Shown: one piece after another, positions 1 through 7,902 of the stretch
How positions within the stretch are numbered: the first letter of the stretch is position 1
How the letters are laid out: the number at the start of each line of letters is the position of its first letter
Origin: Hadesarchaea archaeon
GTDB lineage: Archaea; Hadarchaeota; Hadarchaeia; Hadarchaeales; Hadarchaeaceae
Reading direction: 5' to 3'
DNA: 64,000 bases
Assembly: GCA_029259175.1 (NCBI GenBank)
Contig: JAPDJH010000002.1
Location: 128,673 to 192,672 of the forward strand
Notes under the pieces: model-generated
What the model saw: the letters and a program-made list of their open reading frames with translations, nothing else
The model's database searches: none
Told to the model about the DNA's origin: nothing
Position numbers and translations under genes: made by a program

Positions 1-953
1 TAAGCAAATCATTAGGCAACACTATAAATCCTGTTTATCTGGCTCAGAAGTACTCAACAGACGTTCTGAGGTATTTTTTTGCTCGTGAGATTTCTTTTGG
101 TCAAGACGGGGATTTCTCGGAAGAAAACCTGTGTAAACGTTTAAACGACGAACTCGCTGATATCTTGGGCAATTTTGTCCATCGGGTGCTCACATTCATA
201 AAGAATTATTTCGATGGGCGCGTGCCAGAAGGTGAAGTTGACGAAGAATTTTGGTCACAGGTGGTCTCGAAAATAGACAAGATAGACGAGCTGATGGAGA
301 GAGTAGCAATTACGCAGGCGGTGATGGAAATTCTGATGTTGGCCAAGATTGGAAACGAATACTTCCAAAAGCATTCTCCGTGGGAAACCGTGAAATCTGA
401 CCAGAAACGAGCCGCCATGTGCTTGTATAACGCGGTCAATTTGGTGAAATCGCTTTGCATTCTGATAACTCCTTTCATGCCTTCGACAGGCAAAGAATTA
501 GCTAATCAACTGAATTACGAAGTTACTTCTTTAGATCAAGCAAGGCAGCCAGACTTGAAGCCCGGACACGCTATAGGTCAACCGAAGCCGTTGTTCTCCA
601 AAGTAAAAGCGGTTAAAAAGGAAAACTCTCGGATTTCGCTTGAAGAATTCAAGAAGCTGGATTTGCGCGTGGCCAGAGTAGTCTCCGCTGAGCGCATATC
701 TGGCACCACACGTTTGCTTAAGCTGGAAATTGACTTGGGCGATGAATCACGAACGTTGGTCGCCGGGATCGGAGATCAGTATTCTCCGGAGGATTTAGTT
801 GGAAAAAACATAGTGGTTGTCGCCAACCTAAAACCTGCTAAAATCCGAGGAGTTGTTTCCGATGGGATGCTGTTAGCCGCTGAGGATGAGAAAGGTAAAA
901 TTGCGGTGCTTGTTTCCGATAAGGAGGTTAAGCCAGGGAGTAAGGTGAAGTAG
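1..953 (+). CDS. metG: Methionyl-tRNA synthetase, C-terminal portion (gene starts upstream of window); includes anticodon-binding region and C-terminal EMAP/Trbp111-like tRNA-binding domain
   Basis: The frame is open from position 3 (SKSLGNTINPVYLAQKYSTDVLRYFFAREISFGQDGDFSEENL...) and continues into the listed ORF 165..953. The C-terminus LDLRVARVVSAERISGTTRLLKLEIDLGDE...LKPAKIRGVVSDGML is a typical MetRS appended tRNA-binding domain. Confidence 0.85.
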   Translation, partial: SKSLGNTINPVYLAQKYSTDVLRYFFAREISFGQDGDFSEENLCKRLNDELADILGNFVHRVLTFIKNYFDGRVPEGEVDEEFWSQVVSKIDKIDELMERVAITQAVMEILMLAKIGNEYFQKHSPWETVKSDQKRAAMCLYNAVNLVKSLCILITPFMPSTGKELANQLNYEVTSLDQARQPDLKPGHAIGQPKPLFSKVKAVKKENSRISLEEFKKLDLRVARVVSAERISGTTRLLKLEIDLGDESRTLVAGIGDQYSPEDLVGKNIVVVANLKPAKIRGVVSDGMLLAAEDEKGKIAVLVSDKEVKPGSKVK

Positions 954-955
954 TT

Positions 956-1588
956 TTGATTAAGCTCGATCTCCATGTGCATTCCACATATTCTGTCGAT
1001 GGCCGGTGTGATATTAAGGATCTCGTCCGGATAGCAAAAAAGAAAGGTATCGATGGTTTTGCACTCACCGACCACAACACCATCGAGGGGCATAAAGTAC
1101 TTTCGAGATTTAGGAGGAATGACGTTCTCATAATTCCGGGCGTGGAAATAACTAGTTCCAAAGGTCACATTGTTGCACTGGGAATTCGAGATCTCATTCC
1201 TCGAGGTTTGGAGCCAGCCGAAGTGGTGGAGAGGATTAAAGAGCAAGGAGGTGTCGCAATAGCGGCGCACCCTTTTGTGCTTGGTCGGAATCCCAGCTTA
1301 GTTTTTTCAGCAAAATTTGACGCGGTGGAGGGGTTAAACGGGCGGGCGTTTTTTCCCGCTAACCAGCTTGCTCAGAAAGTAGCGCACAATCTGAAGCTAC
1401 CGATGGTTGCGGGTTCGGATGCCCACCGATGTGATGAGATCGGGTGTGTTTTTACGAAACTGAATGCGCACTTTTCCATAGATAGCGTGTTGGAGGAGAT
1501 TCGAAAGGGCAGAACAACCATTGGCGGCAAGCCCTTGTCATTTCCCAAAGTGCTCTGGAGAAGTCTGATAAAAGTATTCGGAAAATGA
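956..1588 (+). CDS. PHP-domain metal-dependent phosphoesterase
   Basis: N-terminal LDLHVHSTYSVDG and HNTIEG are PHP histidine motifs. There is an apparent TTG start 2 nt after the metG stop. Confidence 0.7.
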   Translation: MIKLDLHVHSTYSVDGRCDIKDLVRIAKKKGIDGFALTDHNTIEGHKVLSRFRRNDVLIIPGVEITSSKGHIVALGIRDLIPRGLEPAEVVERIKEQGGVAIAAHPFVLGRNPSLVFSAKFDAVEGLNGRAFFPANQLAQKVAHNLKLPMVAGSDAHRCDEIGCVFTKLNAHFSIDSVLEEIRKGRTTIGGKPLSFPKVLWRSLIKVFGK

Positions 1589-1592
1589 GCGC

Positions 1593-1618
1593 AAGGGCGG
1601 GGGAGAACCCCCGCCCTT
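1593..1618. terminator. GC-rich perfect hairpin (11-bp stem AAGGGCGGGGG / 4-nt loop AGAA) between convergent genes
   Basis: aagggcggggg-agaa-cccccgccctt was read directly. It lies between the PHP stop (1588) and the minus-strand RHH gene stop (1645). TTTT follows on the minus strand. Confidence 0.4.
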
Positions 1619-1644
1619 GAGGGAGGCTGGACCCGAGGCGATGG

Positions 1645-1830
1645 TTATCGTGATTTTCGGGCGTATTCCATCAGTCCTTTGTACCCTAACTCGCGCATCA
1701 CCCAATCGTGAATCATTTTTCGGACGACTTCACTCCGGTTGGTTCCAATACCTACTTTTATCAGATCATCGATGACCTTGAGATACAGGCCGTCTATAAA
1801 GACCCGGACTTCAGCCTTTTTTTCCACCAT
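1645..1830 (-). CDS. Small ribbon-helix-helix (CopG/NikR-like) DNA-binding protein
   Basis: The 61-aa product has a beta-strand then helix pattern (VRVFIDGLYLKVIDDLIKVG...RSEVVRKMIHDWV). A GGAGG sequence lies 7 nt upstream of the ATG. Confidence 0.5.
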   Translation of the reverse strand: MVEKKAEVRVFIDGLYLKVIDDLIKVGIGTNRSEVVRKMIHDWVMRELGYKGLMEYARKSR

Positions 1831-2012
1831 CTTGCCTCCTCTCCTGTTTCAACACCTTTGCTTTGAATTCGCGCTCGAGCTTGGACGGACGCAAGCGTGC
1901 AATTGTTTTCAGTTTTATCATCTCACCCTCCAGCTAGCATCCAGCTAACTTGCATCTATAATCCATCACGAAGGGTTAAAAAGGTTTCGGAGACGTAAAA
2001 AAACCGAGCCGA

Positions 2013-2777
2013 TTATTCTGTTGTTTTTCTGATTATGATTGATTTGTTTTTTCCAAGCCGGATCTCTTGCAGAGCTTTGCTCGCGAGATAAGCAGCTTCT
2101 ACGGGTTTTTTGGCTCCCCCTATCCCTGCCTTTAGCTCAACTCCTAAATCCCTCTTTATACGGGCGAATATCTCAACCATACAATCTTCGCCCAATCCAT
2201 TTGTGATCGCCATGAAGTTGTCACCCCCCATGTAGAAGGTGAGAGCACCCTCACGCAGGAGCTGACTTGCGAGTTCCTGATAGGTCCGCTGGATCAGAAC
2301 ATGTGTGTCGTAAATGGGCTTGGTGTCGGTGAAAAGTGTTGAGTGGTTGATGTCCGCATGTGCAATTTCAACCCAACTATCTCGAAGTTTGCCCAAGATC
2401 TTACCTACCACTACTCCTTTTCTTTCGGGAGATCTGGAACTCCCAGCGCTTTGAAGGGCCAGAGTGGCGTTTACTTGGGCTTCGTAAGCTTTTTCTCCAA
2501 TACCTACTCCCATGCTTGCCGTCAAAGGAAACTCTTGGGCAAACCCTCTCGCAATACTCTCGTGCTGTTCGAGGCTTATTCCGTTGGTTACCCCTATGAG
2601 GTTGTCTTGTCTCGTCTGGAATACCAGCCCACCAAGTTTCCAGAATTTGGCTTGAAAATACGCATACGCCTTGGCTTGTAGGATTTGGAGCTCTGGCTCC
2701 GGGCGAGGTTCTGGGGTGACGGTCCAGGGCCCGTAGTTGTCCAGCTGAATTACGGTGATTTGAAGCTTGGTCATCAA
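2013..2777 (-). CDS. arfA: GTP cyclohydrolase III (ArfA, MJ0145 family)
   Basis: N-terminal KLQITVIQLDNYGPWTVTP and internal YMGGDNFMA match the GGDEF-like archaeal GTP cyclohydrolase III. Confidence 0.75.
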   Translation of the reverse strand: MMTKLQITVIQLDNYGPWTVTPEPRPEPELQILQAKAYAYFQAKFWKLGGLVFQTRQDNLIGVTNGISLEQHESIARGFAQEFPLTASMGVGIGEKAYEAQVNATLALQSAGSSRSPERKGVVVGKILGKLRDSWVEIAHADINHSTLFTDTKPIYDTHVLIQRTYQELASQLLREGALTFYMGGDNFMAITNGLGEDCMVEIFARIKRDLGVELKAGIGGAKKPVEAAYLASKALQEIRLGKNKSIIIRKTTE

Positions 2778-2829
2778 GACAAATACGGGTACGATATAAA
2801 AATAGGTATATACGGAGAGGTGGCATGCA

Positions 2830-4176
2830 ATGAAAATATACTGCGAGACCTATGGGTGCACATCCAACAAAGTAGATGCGGAGATCCTGCGAGGGCTGAT
2901 AGTAGAGTGTGGCCACGAATTAACAGACGACATTCTCCAAGCCGATGTGGTCGTTGTGAATACTTGCGCGGTCAAGGGCACCACCTATAAAAGAATGTTA
3001 AAGCGATTATCTGAACTCAAAAAATCAGATAAACGAATAATCGTTGCCGGGTGCTTGCCCCTCATAGATTTACAAGCTATCAAACACGTCGGAGAGTTTG
3101 ATGGGATAATCGGATGCAAATCATTGAGCAAGTTCCCAGAAATGTTAGAACGTATCGGTCGAGGCGAACGAAATCTTACCTTTGTAGAACCCGTCGCTGA
3201 CAGCAAGCCCATAATGTGTAAGCGCAGATACAGCTCGGTCTGTGCGGCCATCCCCATAGCCGAGGGGTGCGTGTCAGCTTGCTCCTATTGTTCGGTTCGA
3301 TTTGCTCGAGGAAAACTGAGAAGTTTTGATCCTGAGCACATCGTGAATGAAGCTAAACAGTTAGTCCGGTCGGGCTATCGAGAGATTCAGCTGACAGCAC
3401 AAGACACGGCAGCATATGGGCTAGATATCGGAATGCGCTTACCAGAGCTCATTCTACACGTGGCGGAGATACCCGGGGATTTCAGGATCCGAGTAGGAAT
3501 GATGAATCCTCAAAACGTGTTGTCCATGGTTGATGAGCTGATCGACGCCTTTAGACACGAGCGTGTTTACAAGTTCCTTCATCTTCCAGTACAGTCTGGT
3601 TCAGATCGCATTCTGCACACGATGCGGAGAAACTACTCAGTAGACGAGTTCATACACATCGTTCAGGAATTTCAAAAAAAGATTCAAAATTTATTCTTGT
3701 GTACCGATGTGATCGTTGGATTTCCGGGCGAGTCTGAAGAAGACTTCGTTCAAACCAAAGAACTAATCCGGCTGATAGCTCCGGATAAAACCAACATTTC
3801 CAAATTTTACCCCATGCCTGGTACCGAGGCTGCACACATGCCTCAGCTGAACGGCCGGGTTGTTGCACACCGTTCTCGGGAGCTTTCAGCGCTCTGTCGT
3901 GAGATCGGTCGACAAAAGAACGAGTGCTATGTGGGGAAAAAGATGACTGGGTTCGTCATAGAACCGGGAGAAAAAGGTGGTTTTATCCTCAGAAGTGAAA
4001 ACTATAAACAAGTGATAGTGGAACAAGCAGAAGTTGGGGAATTTCTAAGGGTGAAAATCACTGAGGCTTTTCCTACCTATCTAAGAGGAGAACCGCTACA
4101 CAACAACTTTTTCGAAAAGTCAAAAAATCTCGATGGCGGACGACTACGCCGATGTGCTGAACCTGGACCACGATGA
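2830..4176 (+). CDS. mtaB: tRNA t6A37 methylthiotransferase (MiaB/MtaB/CDKAL1 family radical SAM enzyme with TRAM domain)
   Basis: It has an MTTase N-domain (YGCTSNKVDAE...VVVVNTCAV), a radical-SAM CSYCSVRFARG motif and a C-terminal TRAM domain. The last ~15 codons read into a GC-rich foreign segment, so the native stop has probably been replaced. Confidence 0.8.
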   Translation: MKIYCETYGCTSNKVDAEILRGLIVECGHELTDDILQADVVVVNTCAVKGTTYKRMLKRLSELKKSDKRIIVAGCLPLIDLQAIKHVGEFDGIIGCKSLSKFPEMLERIGRGERNLTFVEPVADSKPIMCKRRYSSVCAAIPIAEGCVSACSYCSVRFARGKLRSFDPEHIVNEAKQLVRSGYREIQLTAQDTAAYGLDIGMRLPELILHVAEIPGDFRIRVGMMNPQNVLSMVDELIDAFRHERVYKFLHLPVQSGSDRILHTMRRNYSVDEFIHIVQEFQKKIQNLFLCTDVIVGFPGESEEDFVQTKELIRLIAPDKTNISKFYPMPGTEAAHMPQLNGRVVAHRSRELSALCREIGRQKNECYVGKKMTGFVIEPGEKGGFILRSENYKQVIVEQAEVGEFLRVKITEAFPTYLRGEPLHNNFFEKSKNLDGGRLRRCAEPGPR

Positions 4177-4405
4177 GTCGGCTGAGTATCTGATCCTGGT
4201 GGGGGCGAAGGGCGCGCAGGTGCTCGTCCCGATCCCGAGCTTCTCGACGTACACGATAACCATCACGACCCTGCCCACCCAGCCGGTCGCGCAGCTCCCG
4301 CCGCTCAGGGTCGCGGTCTTCGACGGGATCGCTCTCGCCGCGGCGGTCGTGTTCATCGTGTGGAGAAATCTGAGAAAAGGGACGGGAGCAGGTTTACAGC
4401 CCTAG
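4128..4405. other. Abrupt GC-rich (~65% by eye) segment abutting the 3' end of mtaB
   Basis: The sequence changes from AT-rich tcgaaaagtcaaaaaatctcg to atggcggacgactacgccgatgtgctgaacctggac. ORF 4133..4405 encodes a C-terminal hydrophobic anchor followed by a basic tail (VAVFDGIALAAAVVFIVWRNLRK). Confidence 0.5.
4133..4405 (+). CDS. Hypothetical protein fragment with C-terminal membrane anchor (possible remnant of a surface protein gene)
   Basis: The 90-aa ORF ends with a TM helix followed by RNLRK. GC content is discordant with the neighbouring genes. Confidence 0.3.
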   Translation: MADDYADVLNLDHDESAEYLILVGAKGAQVLVPIPSFSTYTITITTLPTQPVAQLPPLRVAVFDGIALAAAVVFIVWRNLRKGTGAGLQP

Positions 4406-4529
4406 TTGCCGATTGTTCAGTTGTCGTTGCAAAGTGGGAGCTGAAAACGCAAAAAATTTTGAGCTTCAAAATTTGGTCTAACCAAATTTAAAGGCGAAGT
4501 CCTTCAAATCTTTTTGGGAGGCTGGACAA

Positions 4530-4739
4530 GTGAATCGAACTCTTGAGGACTCGGAAATCTCGTTTGGCGTCTCCAGCTACAGCTGGATCTTCAACAACCT
4601 TGAGAATACTGAGCCCTCCGAGTGGGCCGTGACTGGGCCGCTGACGATCGTGCCACCGGCTCCTCTCGTCTACTCCCCGACCCATCCGGTGCAGAGCGAG
4701 TACCAGGGCTTCTTCCTGAGTGGGGTAAGGACGCAGTAG
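4530..4739 (+). CDS. Hypothetical small ORF; its C-terminus shares a 41-bp repeat (VQSEYQGFFLSGV) with the 3' end of the large secreted protein gene
   Basis: The exact 41-bp match 4689-4729 = 9793-9833 was seen in the sequence. Confidence 0.25.
   Translation: MNRTLEDSEISFGVSSYSWIFNNLENTEPSEWAVTGPLTIVPPAPLVYSPTHPVQSEYQGFFLSGVRTQ
4689..4729 (+). repeat. 41-bp direct repeat, copy 1 (gtgcagagcgagtaccagggcttcttcctgagtggggtaag)
   Basis: It is identical to 9793-9833. Confidence 0.9.
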
Positions 4740-4790
4740 CTGTTGTAACCATGAGCACGAAATGGAATCGCGATGGACTTTATTATCGAG

Positions 4791-6160
4791 CTACCAAGTT
4801 CCAGGTTCTTTCGGGGGCGGAACCCCGAATCCCTTGGCCGCCGAACGCTTTCTGAAAAAGCTCATGACACCAGCCGCGGCACATATGAGTATGCCAAGTA
4901 TCAGGATCACAGGCAAATCGAGCTGCAGACTGGTGGGTTGCTCGGGGGGAGGGCCGAAGCAGTAGAGCGTGCCATGAGTCGAGCCCACATATACTCTATT
5001 ATAAGCAACAGCTGGAGATGACGAAATAACATTGACAGTATCATAGCTCCAGATTATCGAACCGTTCTCAACATTCAGCATGCAAAGTTTGCTCCCAGCG
5101 CCGATGATGACTTTCCCGTCCGCGACGGCGGGAGATGAATAAAACCACGTTTCGTCGATGAAGGTGCTCCACACCACCGAGCCGTCCCTTGCATCCAAAG
5201 CGTAAATGCAATTGTTGTATCTGGATCCGAAAATCACCTTGCCGTCAACGACGACGGGGGAATTTGTTATCATCACGTTTTCGGTGTCGAAGTGCCAGAG
5301 GAGTTCCCCGGTGCGTGCGTCGAGTGCCCACACTCCATCGCCAGACAGGTGTCCCATGAATCCAGCGCCGATGTAAAGGACGTTATCAACAACTACTGGC
5401 GAGGTAGGTATCTCATCTCCGATGTGAAACTTCCAGATTAGATTCCCGTTGTCGGCATCCAAAGCATAGACCCAACCAGTATATCCTATTCCTCCCGCTC
5501 CAGTCCCGAAGTACACAATACCATTCACAAATGCGGGTGCCTCCATAACATGTCCCATCGCGCCGCTACCATCGCTGTACTCCCAAATCAACTCACCCGT
5601 GTTTGCGTCTAAGCAATAAAACCACCCATCCCAAGAGCCGAAGTAAACCCGGTTATTCACCACAGCCGGAGCTGAGTCGACCCCGTGGAGCCCTTTACTT
5701 GGCCAAGGAACTTCGAAACGCCATTTCACTTCACCCGTCTCGGCATCGAAAGCGTAGAGATAGTTCTCATCGCCAACATAAACTGTGCCGTCAACAACAG
5801 TTGGAGAAGGGAGAAGACCCCCCCTGCATCCCGGCCAGCCTGATAGCTCCACACTAGCGAGCCGTCCTCGGCATCGAGAGCATAGATGTAAAGATGACCG
5901 TCCATCCTATTCAGCGCCGTGAAATAAACCTTGCCCTCGGCAACAGCGGGCGACGACCCGATGTCTGCGTATCGAGGAGAAAACCACCAGATGACTTCCA
6001 GCTCGTCAGGAATATTCGCTGAAACTAAACCTGTTCGTGCCCAATCGCGACGGAAGGTCGGCCACTCATCATCTATGCTCGGCTGCCCAGCAACGGTCGG
6101 AAGAACGAGGAAAGCCAACCCTAACAGCAAAACCGCTGCCGTTTTCAGACCTGTGTACAT
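4791..6160 (-). pseudogene. PQQ-like beta-propeller repeat membrane protein, frameshifted paralog of 6522..7841
   Basis: ORFs 5726..6331 and 4791..5852 overlap in different frames. Together they are collinear with the intact paralog (signal peptide, TFRRDWARTGL, YIYALD, ...DENYLYAFDAETGEVKWRFEV...). The frame break lies near a C7 run at about 5818-5824. The putative start is 6160. Confidence 0.7.
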
Positions 6161-6218
6161 CGATATCCTTTTGCTTTCAGAACTCTTAAAAAGATGAACA
6201 GCAATTATCAATGAGGGC

Positions 6219-6464
6219 ATGAGCTGGAGGCTGGCCTCTTCGCTCGTAATTTGCCTTGCACTACTTGGTTCGATCGTGCAACCCTTGATGTTGGTGGCTG
6301 TCCAAGAGTTACGGGCGGTGAGTTCTGACACCGATTATTTTAGCTCCCCTTCCTCAGACTCGGAGCAGCCACCGATCATCTCAAACACCGTTGAAGTCTC
6401 CGACGGCTTTCAAGATAACCAAATCTCGCCAGCGGCGCAATACTGGATCGAAAAAACTGAGTGA
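6219..6464 (+). pseudogene. Truncated N-terminal fragment (81 aa) of the secreted Ig/Fn3-like protein gene (paralog of 7903..9942)
   Basis: MSWRLASSLVICLALLGS... versus MGWRLASSVVVCLLLLSS... of the full-length gene. The upstream sequence (aactcttaaaa...) is also duplicated. Confidence 0.55.
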
Positions 6465-6521
6465 AATCAAGAGTGATTTGCTAACCTAAAATAAAACCCA
6501 AGTATCTATAAACCTAACATG

Positions 6522-7841
6522 TCAAAAGTGCCTTCGCTTACCTACAACTCTAGACGCGCCGAATGCAATTGTAACGATGATCACGAGAGAGATACCGAGG
6601 AGCTGGAACCAGTCGAACGAAGTGGTGGATGATAATTTTGGACCATAGCAAATGAGTTCGCCATTCCTATTACCCACAAATATTTTACCATATGCAATTG
6701 CCGGAGACGATGAAATAAGGCCACCAACATCTTGGCTCCAGATTATCGAACCATTCTCAACATCTAGAATGTAAAGTTCGCTCCCCCCCCCCCCGATGAT
6801 GACTTTCCCGCCCGCAACGGCGGGAGATGAATAAAAATATGTTTCGTTGTTGATGGAAGTGCTCCACACCACCGAGCCGTCCCCTGCATCCAAAGCGTAA
6901 ATGCAATTGTTGTATCTGGATCCGAAAATCACCTTGCCGTCAACGACGACGGGGGAATTTGTTATCATCACGTTTTCGGTGTCGAAGTGCCAGAGGAGTT
7001 CCCCGGTGCGCGCATCGAGTGCCCACACTCCATCACCAGATAAATCTCCCATGAAGCCAGCGCCGATGTAAAGGACATTATCAACAACTACTGGCGAGGT
7101 AGTTATCTCATCTCCGATGTGAAACTTCCAGATTAGATTCCCGTTGTCGGCATCTAATGCGTAGACCCAACCGGTGTATCCTACTCCTCCCGCTGCAGTC
7201 CCGAAGTACACGATATCATTCACAAATGCTGGTGCCTCCGTAACGTGTCCCATCGCGCCAACACCATCACTGTACTCCCAAATCAGCTCACCTGTGTTTA
7301 CGTCTACGCAATAAAACCACCCATCCCAAGAGCCGAAGTAAATGCGGTTGTTTACCACAACTGGAGCAGAGTCGACCCCGTGGAGCCCTTTCCTTGGCCA
7401 AGGAACTTCGAAACGCCATTTCACTTCACCCGTCTCGGCATCGAAAGCGTAGAGATAGTTCTCATCACCAACATAAATTGTACCATCAGCAAGAGTTGGG
7501 GAAGGATGACGTCCTCCTCCGGCATCCCGGTTGCCACGGTACTTCCACATAACCGAACCACTCTTAACGTCAAGCGCATAAATGTAAAGATAACCGTCTT
7601 TTCCTACCCCTGTGAAATAAACCTTATTCTCACCAACGGCGGGCGATGATTTAATATCAACTAGTTCCGAAGAAAACTTCCAGATAACTTCGAGTTCGCT
7701 AAGAATGTCTATCGAAGCCAAGCCTGTTCGTGCCCAATCGCGACGAAATGTTGGCCACTCCTCCTCAGTTTGTCCAGCAATTATAGGGACACCAAGCGCG
7801 ATTACTATGAGCAAGACGACCAAGGTGATACGATGTTTCAT
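6522..7841 (-). CDS. PQQ-like beta-propeller repeat protein with N-terminal signal/TM and C-terminal TM anchor
   Basis: There are repeated PQQ-type blades (YALDA.TGELLW, VYVGDENYLYAFDAETGEVKWRF...) and a C-terminal LLGISLVIIVTIAFGASRVVGKRRHF. The real start is probably MKHRITLVVLLIVIALG at 7841; the listed ORF to 8201 looks like an antisense extension. Confidence 0.8.
   Translation of the reverse strand: MKHRITLVVLLIVIALGVPIIAGQTEEEWPTFRRDWARTGLASIDILSELEVIWKFSSELVDIKSSPAVGENKVYFTGVGKDGYLYIYALDVKSGSVMWKYRGNRDAGGGRHPSPTLADGTIYVGDENYLYAFDAETGEVKWRFEVPWPRKGLHGVDSAPVVVNNRIYFGSWDGWFYCVDVNTGELIWEYSDGVGAMGHVTEAPAFVNDIVYFGTAAGGVGYTGWVYALDADNGNLIWKFHIGDEITTSPVVVDNVLYIGAGFMGDLSGDGVWALDARTGELLWHFDTENVMITNSPVVVDGKVIFGSRYNNCIYALDAGDGSVVWSTSINNETYFYSSPAVAGGKVIIGGGGSELYILDVENGSIIWSQDVGGLISSSPAIAYGKIFVGNRNGELICYGPKLSSTTSFDWFQLLGISLVIIVTIAFGASRVVGKRRHF
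6783..6794. repeat. Homopolymeric C12 tract (G12 on the coding strand, encoding GGGG) inside the PQQ-propeller gene
   Basis: ctcccccccccccgatgat was read directly. The paralog has gctcccagcgccgatg at the same site. Confidence 0.9.
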
Positions 7842-7902
7842 GCTTTCCGTACTTTCTTCCTCACAACTCTTAAAAGGTTTGCAAGCAAGCTTCAATGGTG
7901 GT

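Noticed and set aside
4133-4405. Calling the 4133..4405 ORF a PGF-CTERM archaeosortase substrate
   Set aside because: It has only a TM helix plus a basic tail with no PGF tripeptide and no upstream Thr/Ser-rich linker. It is kept as a generic C-terminal anchor fragment.
1620-4528. 12-bp identical string gggaggctggac at 1620 and 4517
   Set aside because: A 12-mer recurrence is expected by chance in 64 kb. There is no flanking similarity.
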